Of a stretch of 64,000 bases of DNA, positions 24,307 through 34,665 are shown piece by piece (positions within the stretch are counted from its first letter, which is position 1; each line of letters starts with the position of its first letter). Source of the stretch: Gemmatimonadales bacterium (GTDB taxonomy: Bacteria > Gemmatimonadota > Gemmatimonadetes > Gemmatimonadales > JACORV01). A program made the position numbers and the translations under genes. The notes below the pieces were generated by a model. That model had not been told where the DNA came from and did not search any database. It saw nothing but the letters and a program-made list of their open reading frames with translations. The DNA lies in assembly GCA_049513575.1 (NCBI GenBank), contig JBEKVZ010000004.1, positions 3,152-67,151 of the forward strand, read 5' to 3'.

Positions 24307-25754
24307 ACGCGCTTCCGCATCCGGGCCGACAGGATGCCCAGCTGGTCGCGGTACTTGGCGACCGTGCGCCGCGCGATGCGCACGCCCTTCTCGCGCAGCT
24401 TCTGGACGATCTGCTGGTCCGTCAGCGGCTCCTGGGTGTCTTCCTCGGCGACGAGCTTCTGGATCTGCGCCTTGATGGCCCGGGCGCTGGCGTCCTCGCC
24501 CGTGGTGGTCGAGAGGGCGCTGGAGAAGAAAAACTTCAACGGCAGGACCCCGCGCGGGGTCTGCACGTACTTCTCGTTGGTCACCCGGCTCACCGTGCTC
24601 TCGTGCATGTTGATGACTTCCGCCACCTCGCGCAGCGTCAGCGGCTTGAGGTGCTCGATCCCCTTCTCGAAGAAGTCGTGCTGCCGGTCCACGATGAAGT
24701 TCATCACCTTGAGCATCGTCTGGCGGCGCTGCTCGATCGCCTGGATCATCCACTGCGCGCTGTTGAGCCGCTGGGTGATGAACTCCCGGTTCTCGCCCAC
24801 GAACTTCTTCTTGTCGCGCGCCACCTCCTGATAGGCACGGGAGAGCCGGAGCCGCGGGAGGTTGGTGTCGTTCAGGAAGACGCGGTACTTGCCGTCGATC
24901 TTCTCGACGATCAGGTCCGGGATGATGTAGTCGCCTTCGGTCGGGCTGTAGCGCAGGCCGGGCTTGGGATCGAGCTTCGCGATCTCGTCGGCGGCGGCCT
25001 GGACCTCGCCCGTCTCGAGCCCCATCCGCTTGGCGAGGTCGCTCCACCGGTGGGCGATCAGGTCGTCGTACGCCTCGTTGAGGAGGCGGTAGGCGAGCGA
25101 CTCCGTGCCGCCCTTGTCCTTGAGCTGGAGCATCAGGCACTCGCGCAGGTTGCGCGCCGCCACCCCCGGAGGGTCGAGCGCCTGCATGACCGCCAGCATC
25201 CGCTCGGCTTCTTCGAGCATGTAGGCGTGCGGCGCCTTGAGATTGGGATGCTCGGCAGCGAACTCGGTCTGCAGATCGTTCGCGCCCGTCACGATCTCTT
25301 CGAGCGTGGCCGAGAGGTAGCCGTCGCCGCCGATGTTGCCGATGAACTCCTCGGCCAGGAGCAGCTGCCGGTCGTCCAGCTGCAGCAGCTGCAGCTGGTC
25401 GCGGAGGTGCTCGGCGAGGTCGTGGCCCTGCACGGTCACCGGCTCGATGTACTCGCGCGTCTCCGTCTGGCCGTGCCAATCGCCGTCGTCGAAGCCGTCG
25501 AGCAGGATGTCGTCCCAGTTGGTCCCGGAGGTCTCCGCCGGCTCCGGCGTCTCGCGCTTCTCCTGGACCTGCGGCGTCTCCTCTTCCTCCTCGGGCTCCA
25601 GCAGCTCGAGGAAGGGGTTCACCATCAGCTCCTGCTTGAGGTGCTGCTGGAGGTCGAGCAGCGGCATGTACAGCAGGTCCATCGCCTGGTAGAGCCGCGG
25701 ATTGATCCGCAGGTCCTGCCGGAGGACGGTGTGCTGGCCGAGCGAGGTCTTCAT
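24303..25754 (-). CDS. rpoN: RNA polymerase sigma-54 factor
   Basis: 483 aa. N-terminal LRQDLRINPRLYQAMDLLYMPLLDLQQHLKQEL, an acidic region, an HTH, and the RpoN box ARRTVAKYR. ATGA overlap with the lptB stop. Confidence 0.95.
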   Translation of the reverse strand: MKTSLGQHTVLRQDLRINPRLYQAMDLLYMPLLDLQQHLKQELMVNPFLELLEPEEEEETPQVQEKRETPEPAETSGTNWDDILLDGFDDGDWHGQTETREYIEPVTVQGHDLAEHLRDQLQLLQLDDRQLLLAEEFIGNIGGDGYLSATLEEIVTGANDLQTEFAAEHPNLKAPHAYMLEEAERMLAVMQALDPPGVAARNLRECLMLQLKDKGGTESLAYRLLNEAYDDLIAHRWSDLAKRMGLETGEVQAAADEIAKLDPKPGLRYSPTEGDYIIPDLIVEKIDGKYRVFLNDTNLPRLRLSRAYQEVARDKKKFVGENREFITQRLNSAQWMIQAIEQRRQTMLKVMNFIVDRQHDFFEKGIEHLKPLTLREVAEVINMHESTVSRVTNEKYVQTPRGVLPLKFFFSSALSTTTGEDASARAIKAQIQKLVAEEDTQEPLTDQQIVQKLREKGVRIARRTVAKYRDQLGILSARMRKRV

Positions 25755-26950
25755 GCCGCCGGCGAGAGGCGCGCCCTGAGCCGCGCGGTGAGGGTGGGGC
25801 CGAGGTACAGATCGGCGACCCGGTCGTCGTACACGAGGGCGCGGACGGTCCCGGAGACCTGCACCCGGCCCTCGAACATGATGTACGCGCGGTCCACGAT
25901 GTCGAGCGTCTGCTCGACGTTGTGGTCGGTGATGAGCACGCCGATCCCCTTGTGCCTGAGGCCGGCGACGATGGTCTGGATGTCGTGCACCGCGATCGGG
26001 TCCACGCCCGAGAACGGCTCGTCCAGCAACATGAACTTGGGCCGCGTCACGAGCGCCCGGGTGATCTCCAGCCGGCGCCGCTCGCCGCCCGAGAGGGAGT
26101 AGGCCTTGTTGCGGCGGAGGTGGCGGATGGACAGCTCGTCGAGCAGGGATTCGAGCCGGTGGTGCCGCTCCTCGTGGCTGATCGGCAGCGTCTCGAGGAT
26201 CGCGAGGAGGTTCTCCTCGACCGAGAGCTTGCGGAACACCGACGGCTCCTGCGCCAGATAGCCGATGCCCCGCCGCGCCCGCAGGTACATCGGGAGCGTG
26301 CTGATGTCCGCACCGTCCAGGACGATGCGGCCGGACTCCGGCGTGATCAGGCCGACCATCATGTAGAAGGTGGTGGTCTTCCCCGCCCCGTTCGGCCCGA
26401 GGAGGCCGACGATCTCCCCCTGCGCCAGCCGGACGTTCACGTCGTCCACGACGGCGCGCCGGCTGTACGTCTTCCTGAGGCCGAAGGCCTCCAGGACGCT
26501 GCGCCCCCACACCGCGACCTCCGGGGCCACCACGTGCTCGCCGGTGCTGTGGGTGATCATCCCCTGCCGCGCGGCCTCGAGGAGGGCCTGCCGCGCGGCG
26601 GCGCGATCGGCGCCGAGCGCCGCCCACGACTCGGCCTTGAACTGCACCACCGAGTTCTGGTCCCAGCCCCTGCCCGTGTCGCTGATGACGGCCTCGGTCG
26701 CCAGGCGCGGCAGGACGGAGGTTGCCAGGTGGCGCCGCACGTCGTCCACCGAGAGGGTGCCCGGGTCGGCGCGGCCGGACTCGCCCTCCGAGCGGCGGAG
26801 CGCGTCGAGGTAGTCCTCGCGGTACGCGACGGCGGCCGCGCCGAACGGCGTCGCGCCCTGCTCGTCGCCGGCCTTCAGGAGGGCGGCCACGGCGAGGCAG
26901 ATCGAGGGATCGCGGCCCTTGAGCTGGGACAGCAGCGCGTCGTCGCTCAC
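25751..26950 (-). CDS. lptB: LPS export ABC transporter ATPase LptB with a ~150-aa N-terminal extension
   Basis: 399 aa. Walker A GPNGAGKTT, signature LSGGERRRL, Walker B MLLDEPFSGVD, H-loop ITDHN. The upstream 150 codons are in frame with no stop, have strong GC3, and begin at a GTG overlapping the lptA stop (GTGA). Confidence 0.85.
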   Translation of the reverse strand: MSDDALLSQLKGRDPSICLAVAALLKAGDEQGATPFGAAAVAYREDYLDALRRSEGESGRADPGTLSVDDVRRHLATSVLPRLATEAVISDTGRGWDQNSVVQFKAESWAALGADRAAARQALLEAARQGMITHSTGEHVVAPEVAVWGRSVLEAFGLRKTYSRRAVVDDVNVRLAQGEIVGLLGPNGAGKTTTFYMMVGLITPESGRIVLDGADISTLPMYLRARRGIGYLAQEPSVFRKLSVEENLLAILETLPISHEERHHRLESLLDELSIRHLRRNKAYSLSGGERRRLEITRALVTRPKFMLLDEPFSGVDPIAVHDIQTIVAGLRHKGIGVLITDHNVEQTLDIVDRAYIMFEGRVQVSGTVRALVYDDRVADLYLGPTLTARLRARLSPAA

Positions 26951-28503
26951 GGGCGGCCCGGGCGGGGCTTCGTGGTGTCTGCCGGTGCGGGCGGATGTCG
27001 CGTGCTGTCCGGCCCGGCGCGGCGAGTCGTGTCGGGCTCCGCCGCGCGCGTCGTGTCCGCGCCCGCACGGCGCAGGGAATCGGCCGCGGCCGAGTCGGGC
27101 TTGGGCGGGGGGAGCGGCTCGAGATAGACGCCGTCCGCCTTCCCGACGAAGTCCACGGTTGCAACCTTCGACTGCTTCATCGCGATGTCGATCCGCCTAG
27201 CTCGGGCGTAGTTCACGCCCTTGGGCCCGCCGGGGTGATCCGAGTTCTCGACGTGATAGAGCGCCCGGGCCGAGCCGAACGACGTCAGGTGATCGAGCTC
27301 GGACTTCTTCGCGCCGCCGCTGTCCACGACGACGGCGAAGTCGGCACGCAGGGTGTCGCCGGTGAGCCAGTCCTCGTCGGCGCGGAACAGCGGCGCGGCG
27401 ACCTTGGCGGTCGTATCGTGCGCCGTCGTGTCGCGCACAGTCGTGTTCCGCGCGGTGGTGTCCCGCACGGTCGTGTCCCGGCTGGTCGTCCGCGCATGCC
27501 CGTAGGCCCAGACCAGGCGCACGATCTGGGCGGGCATGTGGATGTCGAGCGAATCAGCGACGATCGTGTGCACGCCGGAAAGGGCGTCGGGTCGCTTGGT
27601 CTTCCCCCAGGCCTGCGCCCGCTGGACCTTCCCGCTGTCCAGGGCCATGTCGAGCGTGTCGGCCCTGAGCCGCCAGTCGGGCCCGCGCGCCAGCGCGTCG
27701 CCCGAGGACACGACCTGCCTGATCTCGTGGTGCTCGGTGAGGGCGAACCGGATGTTCTTGCCGGTGAGGTGGTAGGCGTCCTTCCCCGTGCCGTCCACCA
27801 CCGGCGTCCCGCCGATCAGCGCACCGACGTTCCGGGCCAGGTCCAGCTGGGCGGAATCCGCGCGGGCCGCGACGTCGGAGCGGTCCACCGTCACGTGCCC
27901 TCCGCCCCACATCTCGTCGTTGCCGCGCATGTGGGTCCGGTCCGCCACGACCACGAACGCCTCCGTGTCGGTGGGAGCGGAGGGAGGGGTCGTGTCGCGG
28001 CGCGCGGAGTGGAAGTGGATGGTCGGCCGCCTGGTCGCGTACAGCTCCAGCGTGTCCCGCAGCGGCGGCGCCGCCCGGTAGTAGTCGAGGTTGGGCCCGC
28101 GCAGGTCCGAGCCGCTGTGGAGGTTCTTCGTGTAGACGCTGCCCTCCGCGTAGAGCCGCTCCTGCCGCAGATAGTAGGTCACGCGGTTCGCGTCGAGCAC
28201 CGAAGCCGTGTCCCGGAAGTGCACGTGCCCCAGGAGGTAGAGAAGGTCCCGCTCCGGGTACCAGGCCACGGAGTCGGAGTACATAGTCGTCGTGGGCTGG
28301 TTGATGCAGTGCGACCACATCCCCCCGCCGGCGAAGATATCAGAGACGCCCGCGGCCCTGGGCGCCTGCACCATGTGGCTGGCCCCATGGCTCGAGTCGA
28401 TCTGCACGTTGCAGTAGCTCGAGTCGCGCTGTGCCTGCCGAGGCTGTTGCGCCAGCGCAGGAGTGGCGATGAGGCCGATGGCGAGTGCGGCGACGAGACG
28501 CAC
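26947..28503 (-). CDS. lptA: large OstA/LptA-like periplasmic protein
   Basis: 518 aa. Signal peptide MRLVAALAIGLIATPALAQQ. OstA-like beta-jellyroll-type segments (LLGHVHFRDTASVLDANRVTYYLRQERLYAEGSV; LTGKNIRFALTEHHEIRQVVSSGDALAR). It occupies the lptA slot between lptC and lptB. The C-terminus is low-complexity Thr/Asp/Arg. Confidence 0.7.
   Translation of the reverse strand: MRLVAALAIGLIATPALAQQPRQAQRDSSYCNVQIDSSHGASHMVQAPRAAGVSDIFAGGGMWSHCINQPTTTMYSDSVAWYPERDLLYLLGHVHFRDTASVLDANRVTYYLRQERLYAEGSVYTKNLHSGSDLRGPNLDYYRAAPPLRDTLELYATRRPTIHFHSARRDTTPPSAPTDTEAFVVVADRTHMRGNDEMWGGGHVTVDRSDVAARADSAQLDLARNVGALIGGTPVVDGTGKDAYHLTGKNIRFALTEHHEIRQVVSSGDALARGPDWRLRADTLDMALDSGKVQRAQAWGKTKRPDALSGVHTIVADSLDIHMPAQIVRLVWAYGHARTTSRDTTVRDTTARNTTVRDTTAHDTTAKVAAPLFRADEDWLTGDTLRADFAVVVDSGGAKKSELDHLTSFGSARALYHVENSDHPGGPKGVNYARARRIDIAMKQSKVATVDFVGKADGVYLEPLPPPKPDSAAADSLRRAGADTTRAAEPDTTRRAGPDSTRHPPAPADTTKPRPGRP
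27410..27490. repeat. 15-bp tandem repeat (about 5.5 copies) inside the lptA-like gene
   Basis: Units GTCGTGTCSCGCAYR starting at 27410, 27425, 27440, 27455, 27470 and 27485. On the minus strand they encode RDTTV RDTTA RNTTV RDTTA HDTTA. Confidence 0.85.
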
Positions 28504-28504
28504 G

Positions 28505-29104
28505 TCACGGTCCCGGCATCACGAGGCGCCCGGCGGTGCCTCGCGCGCCCACAACCGTGCAGTTGGTGAAGCCGGGGTCGCACGTGAAGCCCTTGTCGCC
28601 CTCGATGTGCTGGGCGGCCTTGTCTGCCACGAAGGGCCGGTTGGTTGTCACTTCGCTCTTGGCAGGATCGTACTCGAGAAAGTCGGTCTGCAGGCGTGCC
28701 CCGTCCGAGGTGCGCACCACCACGACGTTGCCGCTGGCCGACATCTGGTTGGTGCGCATCCAGTACACGCCCGTCTGCGAGGTCAGAACCGACAGCTGCA
28801 GGCCCTCCGGCGAGAAGAAGGTCACCGTGACCTTGCGCAGGTCCACCCGCCCGGGGGTCTCGTAGATCAGCGCGGAGTCGGCCTTCAGGTACGCCTGCTG
28901 GACGCCGTTGTTCGTGAGCCGCTGCCTGACCCCGAACATCACCTGGTCGGCGCTGTCCGGCTGGGCGCCCGTGGCGCTGACGCTCTTGCCGCCGCCGCTG
29001 CAGCCACACAGCACGAGGAAGGCACAGAGGCACAGAGGCACGGCGGCACAGAGACGACGCCCGGTGCCCCCGTGCCTCCGTGCCTCCGTGCCCGCCGCCT
29101 TCAT
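28505..29104 (-). CDS. lptC: LptC-like protein with a lipoprotein-type signal
   Basis: 199 aa. N-terminus MKAAGTEARRHGGTGRRLCAAVPLCLCAFLVLCGCSGG. LptC-like body (AYLKADSALIYETPGRVDLRKVTVTFFSPEG...ASGNVVVVRTSDGARLQTDFLEYD). ATG 29104 overlaps the kdsD stop (ATGA). It occupies the lptC slot. Confidence 0.65.
   Translation of the reverse strand: MKAAGTEARRHGGTGRRLCAAVPLCLCAFLVLCGCSGGGKSVSATGAQPDSADQVMFGVRQRLTNNGVQQAYLKADSALIYETPGRVDLRKVTVTFFSPEGLQLSVLTSQTGVYWMRTNQMSASGNVVVVRTSDGARLQTDFLEYDPAKSEVTTNRPFVADKAAQHIEGDKGFTCDPGFTNCTVVGARGTAGRLVMPGP
29021..29093. repeat. palindromic octamer-array element, copy 1 ((GGCACRGA)n facing its complement)
   Basis: Left arm GGCACAGAGGCACAGAGGCACGGCGGCACAGAG (29021-29053). 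Right arm GTGCCCCCGTGCCTCCGTGCCTCCGTGCCC (29064-29093). About 26/29 positions are complementary. It lies inside the first 28 codons of lptC. Confidence 0.85.
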
Positions 29105-30078
29105 GCCGCCCCCGCCCGCATCAGGTCGTGCAGGTGCACGATGCCGACCAGGTGGTCGCCGTCGTCCACGACCGGCATCGCCATGATCCCGTGCTGCTCC
29201 AGGGCGTTCACCGCGCCGCTGGCCAGGTCGCCGGGTCGCGCGAGCTTCGGCGTGCGCGTCATCACGTCGGCGACCTTCACCTCGAGGAAGTCGGTCCGCC
29301 TCTCCATTAGACGCGTGAGATCGCCGGCGGTGACCACGCCGATGACGACGCCCTGTGGGCCGGTGACCGCGACCGTGCCGCGCCGCTCGGCGAGGAGCAT
29401 CACGCACTCGCGCATCGAGGCGTCCGGCCCGAGGGCGGGCAGGTTGTCCGTGACCATCACGTCCCGGACCCGCAGCAGCAGGCGCCGGCCCAGAGCCCCG
29501 CCCGGATGCAGCCGGGCGAAATCCTCGGGCTTGAACCCCTTGGCTTCGAACAGGGCAATGGCGAGCGCGTCGCCGAGGGCGAGCGCCACCGTCGTGCTGG
29601 TCGTGGGCGCCAGGTCGAGCGGGCAGGCCTCGGACTCAACCGCGGCGTCGAGCGCGACGTCGGCGTGCTTCGCGAGGGTGGACTCCGCGTTCCCCGTGAT
29701 CGCCACCATCCGGACGCCGAGCCGCTTCAGGAAGCCGACGAGCCCGAACAGCTCGTCGGTCTCGCCGCTCTTCGAGATGAGGATCGCGAGGTCGTCGCGC
29801 CCCACGATCCCGAGGTCGCCGTGGACGCTGTCCACGGCGTGGAGGAAGGTCGCGGGAGTGCCCGTGGAGGTGAGCGTCGCGGCGATCTTGCGCGCGATGA
29901 CGCCGGACTTTCCGACTCCGGAGACGACGATGCGGCCGCGGCAGGCCAGCAGGAGCCGCACGGCCTCGGCGAAGCGGCCGTCGAGGCGGCCGGCGAGCGC
30001 GGCTACGGCGCCGGCCTCCTGCTCCAGCACCCGGCGCCCGAGGGCCACCAGCTCCTTCGTCTCACCGCCCGAGGACAT
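29101..30078 (-). CDS. kdsD: arabinose-5-phosphate isomerase (SIS + CBS pair)
   Basis: 325 aa. GRIVVSGVGKSG, SKSGETDEL, HPGGALGRRLL, C-terminal CBS pair. Confidence 0.9.
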   Translation of the reverse strand: MSSGGETKELVALGRRVLEQEAGAVAALAGRLDGRFAEAVRLLLACRGRIVVSGVGKSGVIARKIAATLTSTGTPATFLHAVDSVHGDLGIVGRDDLAILISKSGETDELFGLVGFLKRLGVRMVAITGNAESTLAKHADVALDAAVESEACPLDLAPTTSTTVALALGDALAIALFEAKGFKPEDFARLHPGGALGRRLLLRVRDVMVTDNLPALGPDASMRECVMLLAERRGTVAVTGPQGVVIGVVTAGDLTRLMERRTDFLEVKVADVMTRTPKLARPGDLASGAVNALEQHGIMAMPVVDDGDHLVGIVHLHDLMRAGAA

Positions 30079-30619
30079 CGCCCCGCTCCCGGAGGTAGTC
30101 GCGGACCACGTCGTTCCAGACGCCGCGCGCCTTGAGGAAGGTCTCAGCGAACTCGCGCAGCGCGCCGCGGCCGCCGGCGCGCGCCGTCGTGAAGCGCACC
30201 ACCTCGCGCACCTCGGCGCAGGAGTTGGCGACGCCGACTGGCAGGGCGACGCGGCGCAGCAGCGGCAGGTCGGGGAGGTCGTCGCCGATGAAGCACGCCT
30301 CCTCCCACCGCATCTGGCGCCGCTGCAGCATCCCCTCGAACATCGCGAGCTTCCGCGCCCCGGAGTCGGCCGCGAACTCGTCCACCTCCAGCTCTTCGGC
30401 GCGGATGCGCGCCGCCTCTCCCGCGCGGCCCGTCACCACCACGACCACGAGGCCGGCCGCGCGCAACAGGTGCACGCCCAGGCCGTCCGGGACGTCGAAC
30501 CGCTTCAACTCCACCCTCTGCCCCCCGGCGACCCCGACGTAGATCCCTCCGTCGGTCATCGTCCCGTCCACATCGAGGCCGATGATCCGGATCCGCTTCG
30601 CGATCCCGGGCTCAATCAT
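30062..30619 (-). CDS. kdsC: 3-deoxy-D-manno-octulosonate 8-phosphate phosphatase (HAD)
   Basis: 185 aa. IRIIGLDVDGTMTDG and FIGDDLPDLPLL. ATGA overlap with the kdsA stop; 17-nt overlap with the kdsD start. Confidence 0.85.
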   Translation of the reverse strand: MIEPGIAKRIRIIGLDVDGTMTDGGIYVGVAGGQRVELKRFDVPDGLGVHLLRAAGLVVVVVTGRAGEAARIRAEELEVDEFAADSGARKLAMFEGMLQRRQMRWEEACFIGDDLPDLPLLRRVALPVGVANSCAEVREVVRFTTARAGGRGALREFAETFLKARGVWNDVVRDYLRERGDVLGR

Positions 30620-31425
30620 GCCCGCCCTCGCGCCGCGTGCCAGACGTCCAGCGCACGGGCGATGATGTCGGCGAGGTCCTGGAGGCGGATCATGTTCGGA
30701 CCGTCGGAGGGCGCGTGGTCGGGATCCGGATGCGTTTCGACGAAGAAGCCATCCGCGCCCGCCGCCGCCGCCGCGCACAGCAGCGCGGGGATGTGCTCCC
30801 TGAGTCCGCCGCTCGCGCCACCCGTCCCCTGCCCCGGCTGCTGCACGCTGTGGGTCCCGTCGAACACCACCGGGCAGCCGCACGCCGTCTTGAGGCGGGC
30901 GAAGTTCCGCATGTCCACGACCAGGTCGCCGTAGCCGAAGAAGGTTCCCCGCTCCGTGACGGCCACGGTGGCCGCGCCGCCGCTCCGCACCTTCTCGAGC
31001 GAGCCGGCCATCCCCTCCGGGCTCATCCACTGGCCCTTCTTCACGTTGACCGGCCGCCCGGCGCTGCCGGCCGCGACGAGGAGATCGGTCTGGCGGCAGA
31101 GGAAGGCCGGCACCTGGAGCACGTCCGCCACGGCCGCCGCGGCCTTCACCTGGGCCACCTCGTGCACGTCGGTGAGGATGGGCAGGCCGGTCGCGGCGCG
31201 CACGCGCTCCAGTGCGGCGAGCCCCGCGTCCATGCCGGGGCCGCGGGCGGCGCCGAGCCGCGCGCGGTTGGCCTTGTCGTAGGAGGCCTTGTAGGTGACC
31301 GGGATCTTGAGCCGCTGGGCCAGCTCGGCGAGCCCTTCGGCGACCTGGAGGTTGAGCCGGTCGTCCTCGACCACACAGGGGCCCGCGAGCAGGAACGGGC
31401 CGGGTCCGAACGGCGCGACGGGCAT
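30616..31425 (-). CDS. kdsA: 3-deoxy-8-phosphooctulonate synthase
   Basis: 269 aa. FLLAGPCVVE, YKASYDKANR, LQVPAFLCRQTDL, NVKKGQ, FDGTHSVQ. ATG 31425 is in frame, 1 nt after the pyrG stop. Confidence 0.9.
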   Translation of the reverse strand: MPVAPFGPGPFLLAGPCVVEDDRLNLQVAEGLAELAQRLKIPVTYKASYDKANRARLGAARGPGMDAGLAALERVRAATGLPILTDVHEVAQVKAAAAVADVLQVPAFLCRQTDLLVAAGSAGRPVNVKKGQWMSPEGMAGSLEKVRSGGAATVAVTERGTFFGYGDLVVDMRNFARLKTACGCPVVFDGTHSVQQPGQGTGGASGGLREHIPALLCAAAAAGADGFFVETHPDPDHAPSDGPNMIRLQDLADIIARALDVWHAARGRA

Positions 31426-31426
31426 C

Positions 31427-33857
<2,431 letters not shown>

Positions 33858-33968
33858 GACGGGCGACCGCGCCGCCGAATCCGTTCCCCCTCAGGGGAGC
33901 GTTCTTCGCGGCGTCCGCAGGGCGTCGCCGCTCCAGAGGGGCCGCCGCGCGTGCAAGAATCACACCTA

Positions 33969-33997
33969 AACGTACCAAGGGGTCGACAACAAGTCAA
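33969..33997 (-). promoter_or_regulatory. possible sigma70-type promoter for the kdsB...dapF array
   Basis: On the minus strand: TTGACT (33997-33992), 17-nt spacer, TACGTT (33974-33969). It lies in the only relatively AT-rich stretch of the 185-nt gap upstream of kdsB. The -10 is weak. Confidence 0.3.
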
Positions 33998-34042
33998 AGC
34001 GTTGTGGGAGTTCTACTTAGAAGAGGCGAAGGGGTCCGAAAT

Positions 34043-34657
34043 CTAAGGCTTTGCGGCCCCCGGCGCCAGAGGGTGATTGCACAGCCCCAGGAAGTTGCCG
34101 AGGATGGCCCTGCCCACCCCCGTCCCGATGGATTCCGGGTGGAACTGCACCCCGTGGATCGGGAGGGTACGGTGGGCCATCGCCATCACTTCCGGTTCGC
34201 CTCCGTCGTCGTCGGACCACGCGCTCGGGGCGAGCGCTGGGGGCAGGTCCGCGGGCTCGACGACGAGCGAGTGGTAGCGCATCGCCTCGAACGGCGACGG
34301 GAGTCCGGCGAGGACGCCGCTGCCGTCGTGGCGTACCATGGAGGTCTTGCCGTGCATGAGCCGGCGCGCGCGAACCACCTTGCCGCCGAACGCAACGGCG
34401 ATCGCCTGATGGCCGAGGCACACGCCGAGCAGGGGCACGCGCGCGCGGGCCGCGGCCTGCACCAGCGCCACCGAGATCCCGGCCCGCTCGGGCACGCCCG
34501 GCCCCGGGGAGATGACGATCCCCTCGGGGCCGAGCGCCAGCACGTCCTCGGCAGCGAGCGCGTCGTTGCGGCGCACCACGGGCTCAGCCCCCAGCTCGCC
34601 CAGGTACTGGACGAGGTTGAAGGTGAAGGAATCGTAGTTGTCGAGGACGAAGATCAT
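34043..34657 (-). CDS. glutamine amidotransferase, anthranilate/aminodeoxychorismate synthase component II
   Basis: 204 aa. MIFVLDNYDSFTFNLVQYL, GVCLGHQ, VQFHPES. Confidence 0.85.
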   Translation of the reverse strand: MIFVLDNYDSFTFNLVQYLGELGAEPVVRRNDALAAEDVLALGPEGIVISPGPGVPERAGISVALVQAAARARVPLLGVCLGHQAIAVAFGGKVVRARRLMHGKTSMVRHDGSGVLAGLPSPFEAMRYHSLVVEPADLPPALAPSAWSDDDGGEPEVMAMAHRTLPIHGVQFHPESIGTGVGRAILGNFLGLCNHPLAPGAAKP

Positions 34658-34665
34658 CCGTCCTT

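Noticed and set aside
25751-26500. Treating the LptB N-terminal 150 codons as a separate upstream gene, or as non-coding.
   Set aside because: There is no in-frame stop between the two parts, the GC3 bias is strong, and the GTGA coupling to lptA is at 26947-26950. It is kept as one CDS, but the true start is flagged as needing experimental support.
24303-27164. Very long minus-strand ORFs (24303..27164, 23332..25479, 38522..41386, 40495..42675, 56676..59570, 51065..54259, 61595..63928) taken at face value as 700-1000-aa proteins.
   Set aside because: In each case only the 3' portion matches a known family. An in-frame start overlapping the upstream gene's stop defines the real gene, and the 5' portions are shadow frames over the upstream gene.
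29021-29093. The octamer arrays (also at 38432..38514 and 14936..15029) as a CRISPR array.
   Set aside because: The units are only 8 bp (18 bp at the 14936 locus), directly abutting with no spacers, and arranged as inverted arms of a hairpin. No cas genes are present in the window.
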